DNA of 64,000 bases from Candidatus Omnitrophota bacterium (GCA_028870995.1 JAGWOI010000004.1:17578-81577), one strand, 5' to 3'; counted from the stretch's first letter, positions 43,922-54,321 are shown. Notes: generated by a model from the letters alone, not told the origin. Numbers and translations: made by a program.

Positions 43922-44284
43922 ATGCGTATCGAAAAAGTCAACTCAACCATTAAACGTGAACTGGGCATGATCCTCCAGTACGGAGAGCTCAGCGACCCCA
44001 GGATTTCTTTTGTCACCATCATGAGCGTGGATACCAGCAAGGACCTCCAGCATGCTCGGGTCAAATTCAGCGTGCTGTCGGATGATCCCAGGGACATCGA
44101 GGCCGCCACCCAGGCCTTCGTCGACTGCCGCGGGCTTATCCGCAAGCTCATCGGCCAGCGCATATCCCTGCGCTATACGCCGCAGTTCCAGTTTGTTTAT
44201 GATAAAAGCATCAAATACGCCGCCGATATCGATAAGGCCCTGGAAGATATTAAGAAGTTGAAATCAGCGCCGGAGGGGGCATGA
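43922..44284 (+). CDS. rbfA: Ribosome-binding factor A
   Basis: About 120 aa with an RbfA KH-like motif (…RVKFSVLSDD…). Confidence 0.8.
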   Translation: MRIEKVNSTIKRELGMILQYGELSDPRISFVTIMSVDTSKDLQHARVKFSVLSDDPRDIEAATQAFVDCRGLIRKLIGQRISLRYTPQFQFVYDKSIKYAADIDKALEDIKKLKSAPEGA

Positions 44285-45255
44285 CTTATAAAAATATCCT
44301 AGAGACGATCCGCCGCCACAGGCGGTTTTTGGTGGTATCCCATCATAACCCCGATGCGGATGCCCTTGCTTCGACGCTGGTCATGGCCCTTTATCTTAAA
44401 GGCCTGGGCAAAACGGTGTACGCCCTAAATGAGGACGCCTGCCCCCAGTGGCTGGAATTTTTACCGGCCACAAGCATGCTCAAGAAGGCGGGCGATGTTA
44501 AAAAGTTCGATTATGATGCGGCCGTCGTGCTCGATTGCGGCGATCTCAAGCGCATCGGTGGGGTTAATGCCTTTCTTTGCAAGGGCAAGCCTCTTATCAA
44601 CATCGACCACCATGTGACCAATGAGCGGTTCGGCACTCTCAATGTGGTCAAACCGGATGCGTCTTCCACCTGTGAACTGGTCTTCGATCTTCTTAAGGAA
44701 GCAGGATGTCCGCTTAATAAAAAGACGGCGATCCTGCTTTATGCCGGCATCATGACGGACACCGGCTCCTTCCGTTTCGACAACACCACGGCGTATAGCC
44801 ATGAGGTGGTGCGCGAACTGATGGCTTTTAAATTTTCTCCGCCCGATATGTACGGGCACCTTTATGTGGGCATTCCCGTGGCGGACATGAAGAGGTTTAC
44901 GGACCTCATTCATAAGGCCAGGCTCACAGACAACAACAGGGTCTTTTGCATATCGTTGTCTCAGGTGGTGGTCAAGAGCTTTTCTCCCAGTTTTGATCTG
45001 AAAGAGAAACTTTTTGCCTTCTTGCGTTCTATCGAAGGCATTGAAGTGGTGGTGATCCTCACTGAATTAAACCCCAAGGAGATCAGGGTGAATTTGCGCA
45101 GCCAGAATCATTTCGACGTGGCACGATTGGCCAAAACCTTTGACGGGGGAGGCCATCGCAAAGCCGCAGGCTGCAAGATTTACGGGACGCTCGCCCAAGC
45201 GCAAAAGATCATTGGCCAGGCCATCCATCAACGTTTACGGACGGAGGGCGCATGA
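44281..45255 (+). CDS. nrnA: DHH/DHHA1 phosphoesterase (NrnA-like nanoRNase / pAp phosphatase)
   Basis: DHH motifs (VVSHHNPDADALAS; IDHH) and a C-terminal DHHA1 motif (GGGHRKAAG). Confidence 0.8.
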   Translation: MTYKNILETIRRHRRFLVVSHHNPDADALASTLVMALYLKGLGKTVYALNEDACPQWLEFLPATSMLKKAGDVKKFDYDAAVVLDCGDLKRIGGVNAFLCKGKPLINIDHHVTNERFGTLNVVKPDASSTCELVFDLLKEAGCPLNKKTAILLYAGIMTDTGSFRFDNTTAYSHEVVRELMAFKFSPPDMYGHLYVGIPVADMKRFTDLIHKARLTDNNRVFCISLSQVVVKSFSPSFDLKEKLFAFLRSIEGIEVVVILTELNPKEIRVNLRSQNHFDVARLAKTFDGGGHRKAAGCKIYGTLAQAQKIIGQAIHQRLRTEGA

Positions 45256-45938
45256 AAGCGGCGGTACAACCATCCCTGCAAGGCATTGTATTGGTCAATA
45301 AGCCCGCCGGCCTGACGTCCCACGATGTGGTCGGTTTTGTACGCCGCACCTTCAAAATGCGGCGGGTGGGTCATGCCGGAACGCTTGATCCCATGGCCAC
45401 CGGTGTTTTGGTCATTTTACTTGGGAACTCCACCAAGCTATTCGACAAATTCTCCAGTTTTGACAAGACCTACCGGGCCACCTTGCGCCTCGGGTTGAAG
45501 ACAACCACGGCGGATATCACCGGCGATACCCTGCTGGAAAGGCCTTGTGAGGCCATCACCGAGGAGCAGGTGCGGCGCACCTTCGTGCAATTTACAGGAG
45601 ACATCGATCAGATGCCGCCGATGGTCTCCGCGGTCAAGCACCAAGGGGAGCGTTTGTACAAGATCGCCCGCCAGGGCAAGCAGGTCGAGCGGCAGGCCCG
45701 CCGGGTGCGCATCGACGAATTGAAGGTGCTGAAGTTCAGCCTGCCTGAGGTGGAATTTTTGATGAGCTGCTCCAAAGGCACCTACGTGCGGCAGTTGGCC
45801 GAGGATGTCGGCGAGGTCTTAGGATGCGGAGCCTGCATTTCACAAATCGAGCGGACCAAGGTGGGGCCCTTTGACATCAAGGACGCGGTGACGCTGGAAC
45901 ATTTGAATGAAGATCATATCCTTAAGTGGTCATTCTAA
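45252..45938 (+). CDS. truB: tRNA pseudouridine(55) synthase TruB
   Basis: Catalytic motif …GHAGTLDPMATGVL…. ATGA overlap with nrnA. Confidence 0.88.
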   Translation: MKAAVQPSLQGIVLVNKPAGLTSHDVVGFVRRTFKMRRVGHAGTLDPMATGVLVILLGNSTKLFDKFSSFDKTYRATLRLGLKTTTADITGDTLLERPCEAITEEQVRRTFVQFTGDIDQMPPMVSAVKHQGERLYKIARQGKQVERQARRVRIDELKVLKFSLPEVEFLMSCSKGTYVRQLAEDVGEVLGCGACISQIERTKVGPFDIKDAVTLEHLNEDHILKWSF

Positions 45939-46836
45939 ACTGTCCTTAAAAAGGACCTGTGCGGCCATCGGCATTTTTGATGGGGTGCACCGCGGGCACC
46001 AATACCTTGTCAAACAGATGCTGGCCACGGCCCGGCGTTTGAAACTCAAGCCCATCGTCATCACTTTTTTCCCCCATCCGGCCCACGTGCTCCGTCCGGA
46101 CATCTCCTTGGGCTATATCATCTCCTTGGAAGAACGGTTTGCGATGCTTAAAGCATTAGGGGTTGACACCTGCCTGGTTGTCAAATTCAACCGTGCCTTT
46201 GCCAAGATTTCGCCGGAGCAATTCGTCCGTGATATCCTGATCAGAAAACTTGATGTCAAAGCTGTCTTTGTCGGCGAGAATTTCCGGTTCGGCAAGGACA
46301 GGAGCGGCGGTGTCGCCACCTTCGAGCGGTCGGCCCAAGAGTACGGCTATGAAATGTACGCGGTGCGCGCCTTAAAACAAGGGCCTCACATCATCAGCTC
46401 CACCCTGATCCGGCAATTGATCGGTGAGGGGAAAATCGCGCAGGCCGCAAGGCTTTTGGGCCGCGGGGTCAGCGCTTCCGGCCCGGTGGTCAAAGGCGCG
46501 GGCCGCGGCCGCCTCCTGGGCTTTCCGACGGCCAACGTGGCTTATGAAGCGGACATTCTGCCGCCGCAAGGGGTGTATATCGTCGGTGTTCGTCTGGGTT
46601 CCAAAGACTACCCGGCCATGGCCAATATCGGCACGCGCCCTTCGTTTGAGGACAGATCCAAGCTTCATTTGGAGATCCATATCCTCGATTTCTCAGCAAG
46701 TCTTTACGGCAAACATTTGAAGGTGGAATTCCTCAAAAAGATCCGCAATGAAAAGAAGTTTCACAACCCTAAAGCCCTCGTCCGGCAGATCCAAAAGGAC
46801 GAAATCACCGCACGAAAGTATTTCAATATTATTTAA
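45907..46836 (+). CDS. ribF: Bifunctional riboflavin kinase / FMN adenylyltransferase
   Basis: N-terminal (G.FDGVHRGHQ) and C-terminal riboflavin kinase motifs (…GFPTAN…; PSFEDRSKLHLEIHILDF). Confidence 0.88.
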   Translation: MKIISLSGHSKLSLKRTCAAIGIFDGVHRGHQYLVKQMLATARRLKLKPIVITFFPHPAHVLRPDISLGYIISLEERFAMLKALGVDTCLVVKFNRAFAKISPEQFVRDILIRKLDVKAVFVGENFRFGKDRSGGVATFERSAQEYGYEMYAVRALKQGPHIISSTLIRQLIGEGKIAQAARLLGRGVSASGPVVKGAGRGRLLGFPTANVAYEADILPPQGVYIVGVRLGSKDYPAMANIGTRPSFEDRSKLHLEIHILDFSASLYGKHLKVEFLKKIRNEKKFHNPKALVRQIQKDEITARKYFNII

Positions 46837-46897
46837 GTTTTTTAAATTTTGTCCTTTAGAGGCGCCTAAAACCTGTCAAAAGTAGCTATTTTGTGTG

Positions 46898-46926
46898 TTG
46901 ACAAGGCCATGGCGCAGGTCTATACT
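46898..46926 (+). promoter_or_regulatory. Sigma70-type promoter of the dcw cluster (TTGACA-17-TATACT)
   Basis: Read directly from the sequence, about 40 nt upstream of the mraZ ATG. Confidence 0.6.
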
Positions 46927-46937
46927 TTGGTTGTATA

Positions 46938-46962
46938 TGGAGTGAAGTGGAGGGAAGTGGAG
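46938..46962 (+). promoter_or_regulatory. Putative MraZ operator: three TGGAG direct repeats with exact 10-bp periodicity between the -10 element and the mraZ start
   Basis: TGGAGtgaag TGGAGggaag TGGAGcc. MraZ proteins are known to bind arrays of short direct repeats at 10-bp spacing in their own promoter. Confidence 0.45.
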
Positions 46963-46965
46963 CCA

Positions 46966-47406
46966 ATGTTTTACGGTGAATACAGCCACGGTATCGATAC
47001 CAAGGGCCGTTTGATCCTGCCTGCGCGTTTCCGGATCGTTGCCAAGGAGAACGGGATCGACAAGTTTTTTGTCACCCGCGGCCTTGATAAATGCATTTTC
47101 ATGTTCGCGGAGAATGAATGGCGCTTGCAGGAAGCACGGTTCAAGAACCTCTCCTTTACCAAGGGCGAGGCGCGTGCTTTTAACCGCATGTTCTTCTCCG
47201 GTGCCGTTGAAGTGGAGCCTGACAAACAGGGGCGCTTCATCATTCCCCAATACCTTAAGGATTTTGCCGGCATCAAGAAGGATGCCGTGGTGATAGGTCT
47301 TTCCAACCGTATCGAAATTTGGGAAACCGCCGCATGGCGGGAGTTCTTTAACAAAACCAGCGGTGAGTTCGAAAAGACCGCGGAGCACATGCTGGATATG
47401 GGTTGA
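46966..47406 (+). CDS. mraZ: Transcriptional regulator MraZ
   Basis: Start refined to ATG 46966. Two SpoVT/AbrB-like repeats with the DTKGRLILP / DKQGRFIIPQ motifs. Confidence 0.88.
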   Translation: MFYGEYSHGIDTKGRLILPARFRIVAKENGIDKFFVTRGLDKCIFMFAENEWRLQEARFKNLSFTKGEARAFNRMFFSGAVEVEPDKQGRFIIPQYLKDFAGIKKDAVVIGLSNRIEIWETAAWREFFNKTSGEFEKTAEHMLDMG

Positions 47407-48308
47407 TGGAGCCTCAGAGCCCCGTCCATATATCCGTGATGCCTCAAGAGGCGCTTGATCTGCTGCGCCTTCCGCCCGGCGGCATTGCCGTTGACGGCAC
47501 CTTGGGGATGGGAGGGCATGCCCTCCTGATGGCCCGGGTTTTGGGGAACAGCGGACATTTGATCGGCATTGATCGCGACAACGCTTCTTTAAGGCAGGCT
47601 GAAAAGAAGCTTTCTTCTCTTGAGTTAAAGATTGATTTGTTGCAGGGAAGTTTCAGCAGGCTCGATATAATTTTAGCCGGCCTTAAAGTAAGCGCTGTCG
47701 ACGGTATTTTGCTGGACTTAGGCATCTCGAGTTTTCAGCTGGACGATTCGGCCCGTGGTTTTGCTTTCAGCAGCGAAGGGCCGTTGGATATGCGGATGGA
47801 TGCGGCGCAGACGACCACCGCGGCGGACCTGGTCAACACGCTCAAAGAGGTCCAGCTAGAAAGAATAATAGCGGAATTCGGCGAAGAACGCTTCGCCCGG
47901 CGGATCGCGGCGGCCGTGGTGATGAGCCGCTCCAAGGCCAGGATCGCCACGACCAGGGAATTGGCTGATATCATTTTGCGCGCCTTGCCCAGGGGTTACA
48001 CCCGCGGGCGTATCCATCCGGCCACCAGGACTTTCCAGGCCCTGCGCATCGCGGTCAATGGGGAATTGGACGAGCTGGCCTTGGGGCTGGATGTGTGCTT
48101 CAGGATGTTGAAGAAGGGCGGCCGGTTGTGCGTGATATCGTTTCATTCATTGGAAGACCGGCTGGTGAAGAATAAATTTAAAACGTGGGGGGCGGGGGAC
48201 GAAGGTCTGGTATTGACCAAAAAGCCTTTGACGGCAGCGGAAGCGGAGTGTGAAGGCAATCCCCGCAGCCGCAGCGCCAAATTAAGAGCGATTGAAAGGT
48301 TAAAATGA
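47403..48308 (+). CDS. rsmH: 16S rRNA (cytosine1402-N4)-methyltransferase RsmH (MraW)
   Basis: SAM-binding motif (VDGTLGMGGH) and the conserved C-terminal region. Confidence 0.9.
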   Translation: MMEPQSPVHISVMPQEALDLLRLPPGGIAVDGTLGMGGHALLMARVLGNSGHLIGIDRDNASLRQAEKKLSSLELKIDLLQGSFSRLDIILAGLKVSAVDGILLDLGISSFQLDDSARGFAFSSEGPLDMRMDAAQTTTAADLVNTLKEVQLERIIAEFGEERFARRIAAAVVMSRSKARIATTRELADIILRALPRGYTRGRIHPATRTFQALRIAVNGELDELALGLDVCFRMLKKGGRLCVISFHSLEDRLVKNKFKTWGAGDEGLVLTKKPLTAAEAECEGNPRSRSAKLRAIERLK

Positions 48309-48676
48309 GTTTAAAAGTCTATTTTAAAATAGCCATGTTCGTCACTATAATATCTTTGTTGTATATCCATATGCAGATGAAGATTTTTGAGTTATCCTAT
48401 AGGGACAAGGATAAAGAAAAGATCATCCATGAATTGAATGACAGCAATGGCTCCTTGAACCACCAGATTTTGACCATGGAATCCGCCAACAGTCTGGGCA
48501 ACCGGCTGCTGGACCATGACAGCAATTTCCAATTTATGGACAATCAACGGGTCATGACCGTGGTGGCCTCGGCCCAAGGCATGCCGCATATCAGCCAGCC
48601 CAGACCGAAGCCCGTTGGTCCTGCCTGGGGTTTGTTCTCGTTTTTAGGCGCTCAGGAAGCCAAGGCCTGGGAATAG
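48305..48676 (+). CDS. ftsL: Cell division protein FtsL-like
   Basis: Small bitopic protein (TM helix FVTIISLLYI, then a coiled-coil region). Position between rsmH and ftsI. Confidence 0.6.
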   Translation: MSLKVYFKIAMFVTIISLLYIHMQMKIFELSYRDKDKEKIIHELNDSNGSLNHQILTMESANSLGNRLLDHDSNFQFMDNQRVMTVVASAQGMPHISQPRPKPVGPAWGLFSFLGAQEAKAWE

Positions 48677-48700
48677 ACACAAGACTAGCTAGAGGTTAAA

Positions 48701-50392
48701 TTGTTCCTTCGTAAGTATCCGCTCCGTTTCGCCGTAGTGTGCCTATTTTTATTTGCAGGTTTTGCTTACTCCGTCGGATTTCTCGTTTTTATCCAGATCT
48801 TCCGCTCCGATTATTTAAGCAATCTCGCCAAGCGCCAGCACGAGCATTCCATAGTCCTGGAGCCCCGGCGGGGGACCATTTATGACCGCAACATGAGGCC
48901 GCTGGCGATCAACCTGCCGGTTTATTCCATTTATGCCAATCCCAAGATCATGCGCCGGCCGCATGATGTGGATGTGGCGGTGGCAAAATTGTCCGTGATT
49001 TTGAAGACGGATCCCCGGTTGATCCGTGAAAAACTTGAAAAGGATAAATATTTTGTTTGGATTCAGCGCAAGGTGCCGCAGGATGTCTTCCTGCAGGTCA
49101 ATGCGTTAAAGCTTGTCGGCATCGGGTTTATTAAGGAAAGCAAACGTTATTACCCCAACCAAACCCTGGCCGCGCATTTGATCGGATTTGTCGGTATTGA
49201 CAATAACGGCCTGGACGGCCTGGAGCGCGATTATGACAAGTACCTGCGGGGAAAGCCCGGGCATGCCATCATCCTGCGCGATGCCCGTTCCAGGGAATTG
49301 ATGTTCAACAAAGGGTATGTGCCGGCCGAGGATGGCTATAATATTGTCCTGACCATCGATGAAACGATCCAGTTTATCGCGGAGCGGGCCCTCGACGCCA
49401 TGTATAGAAAGTACAATTGCAAGGGCGCCAGTATCATCGTCATGGACCCGCGCACCGGTGAGATCCTGGCCTTTGCCAACCGCCCCACCTATAACCTGGA
49501 GCAGGTTTCCAAGAGCACGCCGGAATCACGTACCGACCGCGCCATTGTTTTTACCTATGAGCCCGGTTCGGTGTTCAAGATCATCACGGCTTCGGCAGCG
49601 CTGCAGGAGGGCGTCGTCAGGGAAGGGGACATGATCAATTGCGAGCACGGCGCCTGGCGCGTGGCCGGCCATGTCCTGCATGATGCCGAAAAGTTCGGCG
49701 TGCTGACCTTTAAACAGGTCATTGAGCAGTCGAGCAACATCGGTACCACCAAGGTGGCCATGCGCCTGGGACCGAAGCGCATTTATGATTATGCCCGCCG
49801 TTTCCGTATTGGGATGAAGACCGGCATCGACCTGCCCGGCGAAGCGTCAGGGATATTGAAACCCGTGAGCCGCTGGTCAAAAACCTCCATCAGCGCGGTG
49901 CCGATAGGCCAGGAGGTGACGGTGACCCCGATCCAGCTCGTCTGCGCCATGTCCGCCATCGCCAATGGCGGTGTTTATATGAGGCCGTACGTCGTCAAGT
50001 CCATCGTTGACAGCCAGGGTCATGTTCTTTATGAGCATAAACCTCAAATCCTGGACAAGGTCATAACAACGACAACGGCCAGACGGATGAAAGCCATTTT
50101 AGAGGGAGTTGTCAAGGAGGGCACCGGTGTCAAAGCCGCCATCCCCGGTGTTGTCGTCGCGGGCAAGACAGGGACGGCCCAAAAGGTGGTCAACGGCGCT
50201 TATTCCCATTCGCATTTTTATGCGACGTTCGACGGTTTCGCCCCGGCGGACCATCCCCGCCTGGCCGCGGTGGTGGTCTTCGACGACCCGCACCCGGCTT
50301 ATTACGGCGGTTCAGTGTCAGCGCCGGTCTTTTCCCAAGTCATTGGGGATTCCCTGAAATACCTGGCCTCGAGAGGCCCAAGCGGCGGTTAG
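48701..50392 (+). CDS. ftsI: Peptidoglycan D,D-transpeptidase FtsI (PBP3 family)
   Basis: TTG start. Transpeptidase motifs SVFK (STFK-type), SSN and KTGT. Confidence 0.88.
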   Translation: MFLRKYPLRFAVVCLFLFAGFAYSVGFLVFIQIFRSDYLSNLAKRQHEHSIVLEPRRGTIYDRNMRPLAINLPVYSIYANPKIMRRPHDVDVAVAKLSVILKTDPRLIREKLEKDKYFVWIQRKVPQDVFLQVNALKLVGIGFIKESKRYYPNQTLAAHLIGFVGIDNNGLDGLERDYDKYLRGKPGHAIILRDARSRELMFNKGYVPAEDGYNIVLTIDETIQFIAERALDAMYRKYNCKGASIIVMDPRTGEILAFANRPTYNLEQVSKSTPESRTDRAIVFTYEPGSVFKIITASAALQEGVVREGDMINCEHGAWRVAGHVLHDAEKFGVLTFKQVIEQSSNIGTTKVAMRLGPKRIYDYARRFRIGMKTGIDLPGEASGILKPVSRWSKTSISAVPIGQEVTVTPIQLVCAMSAIANGGVYMRPYVVKSIVDSQGHVLYEHKPQILDKVITTTTARRMKAILEGVVKEGTGVKAAIPGVVVAGKTGTAQKVVNGAYSHSHFYATFDGFAPADHPRLAAVVVFDDPHPAYYGGSVSAPVFSQVIGDSLKYLASRGPSGG

Positions 50393-50393
50393 C

Positions 50394-51869
50394 ATGCGTT
50401 TAAGCGAATTACTCGACGGACTCTATACCAAACCCATTGCCTTGCCATGGCAGGCTTTCGATGTCGCCGCCATTTCCTGCGATTCGCGTGAGGAACAAAA
50501 GGGCGGGCTGTTCGTGGCCCTGCCCGGGTTCAAATTCGACGGACGGGAGTTTATCGATGATGCCGTCAAGCACGGGGCAAGGATCGTTGCCGTCAAAGGG
50601 TGCCCCCCCAAAGGGGACAATATCCTTTCGGGGGACAGGACGCTTTATCTTGATGTCGAGGACCCGAAGCATTTCCTGCGCTGCCTTGCCCGACGGTTTT
50701 ACGGCACTCCTTCCGCGCGGGTCAAGTGTGTGGGCGTCACCGGCACCAACGGCAAGACAACCATCACGTACCTCATCGAATCCATTATCCGGGCCGCGGG
50801 CTCGCGCTGCGGCGTTATCGGCACCATCAACCACCGCATCGGCGATAAAATAATCCCGTCGAAAAACACCACTCCCGGCTTCCTGGACAATCAGCGCTAC
50901 CTGGCCCAATTGGCGGACGCCGGCGCCGATTATTGCGTGATGGAGGCCTCCAGCCATGCCCTGGACCAGGGGCGGCTTGAAGACATCCATTTTTCCGCGG
51001 GCATTTTTACCAATTTGACGCAGGACCATCTGGATTATCACAAGGACATGGAGGATTATTTCAGGGCCAAATCGCTCTTGTTCAGCAAATTGAGTTCATC
51101 ATCGACGGCGATCATCAACATCGATGACCCGTACGGCCAAAAACTCTTGACCCTGACCGGGTGCCCGGTCATTCCTTATGCCGTCGATACGCCGGCGAAG
51201 GTCCATGCCGCCAATATCCGCTACGATCTGGACGGCAGCCGCTTTGACATTATTTTTCCTGACGGCACCATCAACATCCATACCCGGTTTATCGGCCGCC
51301 ACAATGTGTACAATATCCTGGCCGCCTTTGCCTGGGGCATGAGCCAGGGGTTCGGTCCTCAAATCATCCGGCAGGGGATCGAGAAACTGCAGGCCGTTCC
51401 TGGCCGGCTTGAAGGGGTGGATAACGATCAAGGCATTTTCATATTCATCGATTACGCGCATACCGAGGACGGGCTGGTCAATGTGCTTAAGGCCTTAAGG
51501 GCCGTGACCAGTGAAAGGATCATTCTTGTCTTCGGCTGCGGGGGCGACCGGGACAGGAGCAAACGGCCCCAAATGGGCCAGGCCGCCTGCCGGCTGGCCG
51601 ATTATTCGATCGTCACCAGCGACAATCCCCGCAGCGAGGATCCTGCGGCCATCATCAGCGAAATCGTTGTCGGTTTTACCAAAAAGAATTTTGAAACCTG
51701 TATCGACCGTACCCAAGCCATCAGTCTGGCCCTTGAGATGGCGCAGCCGGGCCAGGTGGTCTTGATCGCGGGCAAGGGGCATGAGAATTACCAGATTTTC
51801 AAAGACCGTACCATCACCTTCGACGAACGGGACGTCGTCAGTCAATGTTTACAATCCAGGAAATCCTGA
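50394..51869 (+). CDS. murE: UDP-N-acetylmuramoyl-L-alanyl-D-glutamate--2,6-diaminopimelate ligase
   Basis: Mur ligase P-loop GVTGTNGKTT and a DNPR motif near the C-terminus. Confidence 0.9.
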   Translation: MRLSELLDGLYTKPIALPWQAFDVAAISCDSREEQKGGLFVALPGFKFDGREFIDDAVKHGARIVAVKGCPPKGDNILSGDRTLYLDVEDPKHFLRCLARRFYGTPSARVKCVGVTGTNGKTTITYLIESIIRAAGSRCGVIGTINHRIGDKIIPSKNTTPGFLDNQRYLAQLADAGADYCVMEASSHALDQGRLEDIHFSAGIFTNLTQDHLDYHKDMEDYFRAKSLLFSKLSSSSTAIINIDDPYGQKLLTLTGCPVIPYAVDTPAKVHAANIRYDLDGSRFDIIFPDGTINIHTRFIGRHNVYNILAAFAWGMSQGFGPQIIRQGIEKLQAVPGRLEGVDNDQGIFIFIDYAHTEDGLVNVLKALRAVTSERIILVFGCGGDRDRSKRPQMGQAACRLADYSIVTSDNPRSEDPAAIISEIVVGFTKKNFETCIDRTQAISLALEMAQPGQVVLIAGKGHENYQIFKDRTITFDERDVVSQCLQSRKS

Positions 51870-53224
51870 AAGCCGTTAAAGGGGACTTGCTGCAGGGGCC
51901 TGCCCGCGGCAGATGCGTTTCTGTCTCCATCGATTCGCGGCATGTCAAGAAGGGCCAACTATTCATCGCCATCAAAGGCGAAGTCTTCGACGGGCATGAT
52001 TTTATCGATCAGGTGACGGCCAGGGGCGTGCAGACCTTGGTCGTCCATAGGCCCATTGAGGTCAAGGACCCAAGGGCCAGCGTTATCCTGGTCAAGGATA
52101 CAGCCCATGCCCTTGGAGATGTGGCGCGCTATCACCGTCTCAGGTTTAAGATACCAGTCATTGCCCTGACCGGATCCGCCGGCAAGACAACGACCAAGGA
52201 GATGGTCGCGGCGGTGCTGGGATGCCGCTACAAGGTCTTAAAGAACGAAGGCACCCAAAATAATCATATCGGCGTGCCCCTGACCCTGCTTAAATTAAGA
52301 CCTTCGCACCGTATCGTTGTCCTGGAATGCGGCACCAACCAGCCAGGCGATATTGCCTGGCTGGCGGATGTGGCGCGTCCCACCGTCGCTGTTTTTACAA
52401 ACATCGGTGCCTCCCACCTGGAAAAATTGAAGACAACAGCCGGAGTTTTAAGGGAGAAATGGCGTTTGACGACCTTTTTGGGCCGCAAAGATAAGGTCAT
52501 TCTTAATGCGGATGATGTTCTTTTATCAAAACAGCAGAAGCGTCTAAGGCATCCTTTCAAGATCATGACTTTCGGGATCAACGCCAAAGCGGATTGGACC
52601 GCCCATGCTATTCATGTCCATGCCGGCCGGTATTTAAAATTCCGGATGGGGGACCGAAGCTTTGAGTTAAACTCCTGCGGGATAAACCATGTCTACAATG
52701 CTCTGGCCGCTTTTGCCTGCGGCCGCTTGTTTAAAGTACCGTCCCGGGATATCGCCCGCGCGCTTAGTCTTTTTGAATTTCCCCAGGGGAGAGGGCAGAT
52801 CCTGCGCCTGGGGAAAGGATGGATGATCAATGACACGTATAACGCCAATCCGGTTTCTATGAATTCGGCCCTGCAGACCCTGCAGGCCATTGAAACCCGG
52901 GGCCAAAGGATCTTTGTCGCCGCGGACATGCTGGAGCTGGGCGGGAAGTCCAGGCTGCTGCACCAGGCCCTGGGCAAGAGTGTGGTGAAGGCCGGGGTCG
53001 ATGTTTTAATCACCGTCGGAACCATGGCCCGGCTGGCGGCCCGAAAAGCCAGGCAGCTCGATAAAAAAATAAAGGTATTTGCTTGCGCCGACGCCCACTC
53101 CGCGCAAAAATACTTAGCAAAAATATTTCATAACGGGGACGCGGTCCTGGTCAAGGGTTCCCGTCGCATGAAGATGGAAGAGGTGGCTGAGTTTTTGCTG
53201 GCCTCTCCCAAAGGATCGGGTTAA
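51845..53224 (+). CDS. murF: UDP-N-acetylmuramoyl-tripeptide--D-alanyl-D-alanine ligase
   Basis: Mur ligase P-loop TGSAGKTTTKE. Gene order. Confidence 0.9.
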   Translation: MFTIQEILKAVKGDLLQGPARGRCVSVSIDSRHVKKGQLFIAIKGEVFDGHDFIDQVTARGVQTLVVHRPIEVKDPRASVILVKDTAHALGDVARYHRLRFKIPVIALTGSAGKTTTKEMVAAVLGCRYKVLKNEGTQNNHIGVPLTLLKLRPSHRIVVLECGTNQPGDIAWLADVARPTVAVFTNIGASHLEKLKTTAGVLREKWRLTTFLGRKDKVILNADDVLLSKQQKRLRHPFKIMTFGINAKADWTAHAIHVHAGRYLKFRMGDRSFELNSCGINHVYNALAAFACGRLFKVPSRDIARALSLFEFPQGRGQILRLGKGWMINDTYNANPVSMNSALQTLQAIETRGQRIFVAADMLELGGKSRLLHQALGKSVVKAGVDVLITVGTMARLAARKARQLDKKIKVFACADAHSAQKYLAKIFHNGDAVLVKGSRRMKMEEVAEFLLASPKGSG

Positions 53225-54312
53225 TGTTTTACTTTTTATCGCAGTATTTTTATAATTCCACCCATTTTAATATTTTTCGTTACATCACCTTCCGCGCCGG
53301 TATGGCCGGGGTCACGGCATTTTTGCTGTGCATGATCTTCGGGCCGGTGTTTATCAAGTTGACCAGACGGCGCCGCATCGGTGAGTCGGCCAAGCGCCAG
53401 GACGCCCCGGGCCTTGACCAATTCCAGGTCAAAAAGGACGGTACGCCCACCATGGGCGGAATCTTTATCGTGGGCAGTATCCTGGCGTCCGTCATTTTAT
53501 GGGGCAATTGGTCCAACAGCTTCACGGTCATGACCGCCTGGGTCTGTGTTTCCTTCGCCCTGCTGGGCGGCTGGGATGATTATATAAAGCTCAAAGGGAT
53601 CGGTCCCCATCGCGGGATTTCCGCCAGAGTCAAGTCTTTTTGGCAGGTGACGATCGCCTTTATCGTCGGTGTTTTCGTTTATCTATACCCCTATATCACC
53701 ACCAACCTGGATGTGCCCTTCTTCAAGCATTTGATCATCAACCTGGGGCCGTTCTTCGTCTTCTGGGTGGTCCTGGTGGTCGTGGGTTCGTGCAATGCGG
53801 TCAACCTGACCGACGGGCTTGACGGCCTGGCTATCGGCTGCACCTTGATGGTGGCTTTCACCCTGGCCATTTTGAGTTACGTCACCGGCAACGTCGAGAT
53901 GAGCGGTTACCTGTACGTCACCTATGTGCCGGGCGCCGGGGAGCTGACCGTATTTTGTATGGCCATCGTCGGTGCAAGCCTCGGGTTTCTCTGGTTTAAT
54001 TCCTATCCCGCCACTGTTTTTATGGGGGACGTTGGTTCCCTGGCCCTGGGCGGGAGCCTGGGGATGATCGCGGTCCTGATAAAGAAGGAAGTATGGCTGG
54101 TGGTTTTGGGCGGTGTTTTCGTCATTGAGGCCGGTTCCGTGATTTTGCAGGTTTTTTCTTTTAAATTGACGGGAAAGCGCATTTTCAAAATGTCGCCTTT
54201 CCATCATCATTTGCAGTTGTCCGGTTGGAACGAGAACAAGATCATCGTCAGATTCTGGATTGTGGCCATTATCCTGGCCATGTTGACCATCACCACCTTA
54301 AAGATCCGGTAA
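53224..54312 (+). CDS. mraY: Phospho-N-acetylmuramoyl-pentapeptide transferase
   Basis: Ten-TM protein with MraY motifs (NAVNLTDGLDGLA; HHH). Confidence 0.92.
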   Translation: MFYFLSQYFYNSTHFNIFRYITFRAGMAGVTAFLLCMIFGPVFIKLTRRRRIGESAKRQDAPGLDQFQVKKDGTPTMGGIFIVGSILASVILWGNWSNSFTVMTAWVCVSFALLGGWDDYIKLKGIGPHRGISARVKSFWQVTIAFIVGVFVYLYPYITTNLDVPFFKHLIINLGPFFVFWVVLVVVGSCNAVNLTDGLDGLAIGCTLMVAFTLAILSYVTGNVEMSGYLYVTYVPGAGELTVFCMAIVGASLGFLWFNSYPATVFMGDVGSLALGGSLGMIAVLIKKEVWLVVLGGVFVIEAGSVILQVFSFKLTGKRIFKMSPFHHHLQLSGWNENKIIVRFWIVAIILAMLTITTLKIR

Positions 54313-54321
54313 GCGTTCGAC

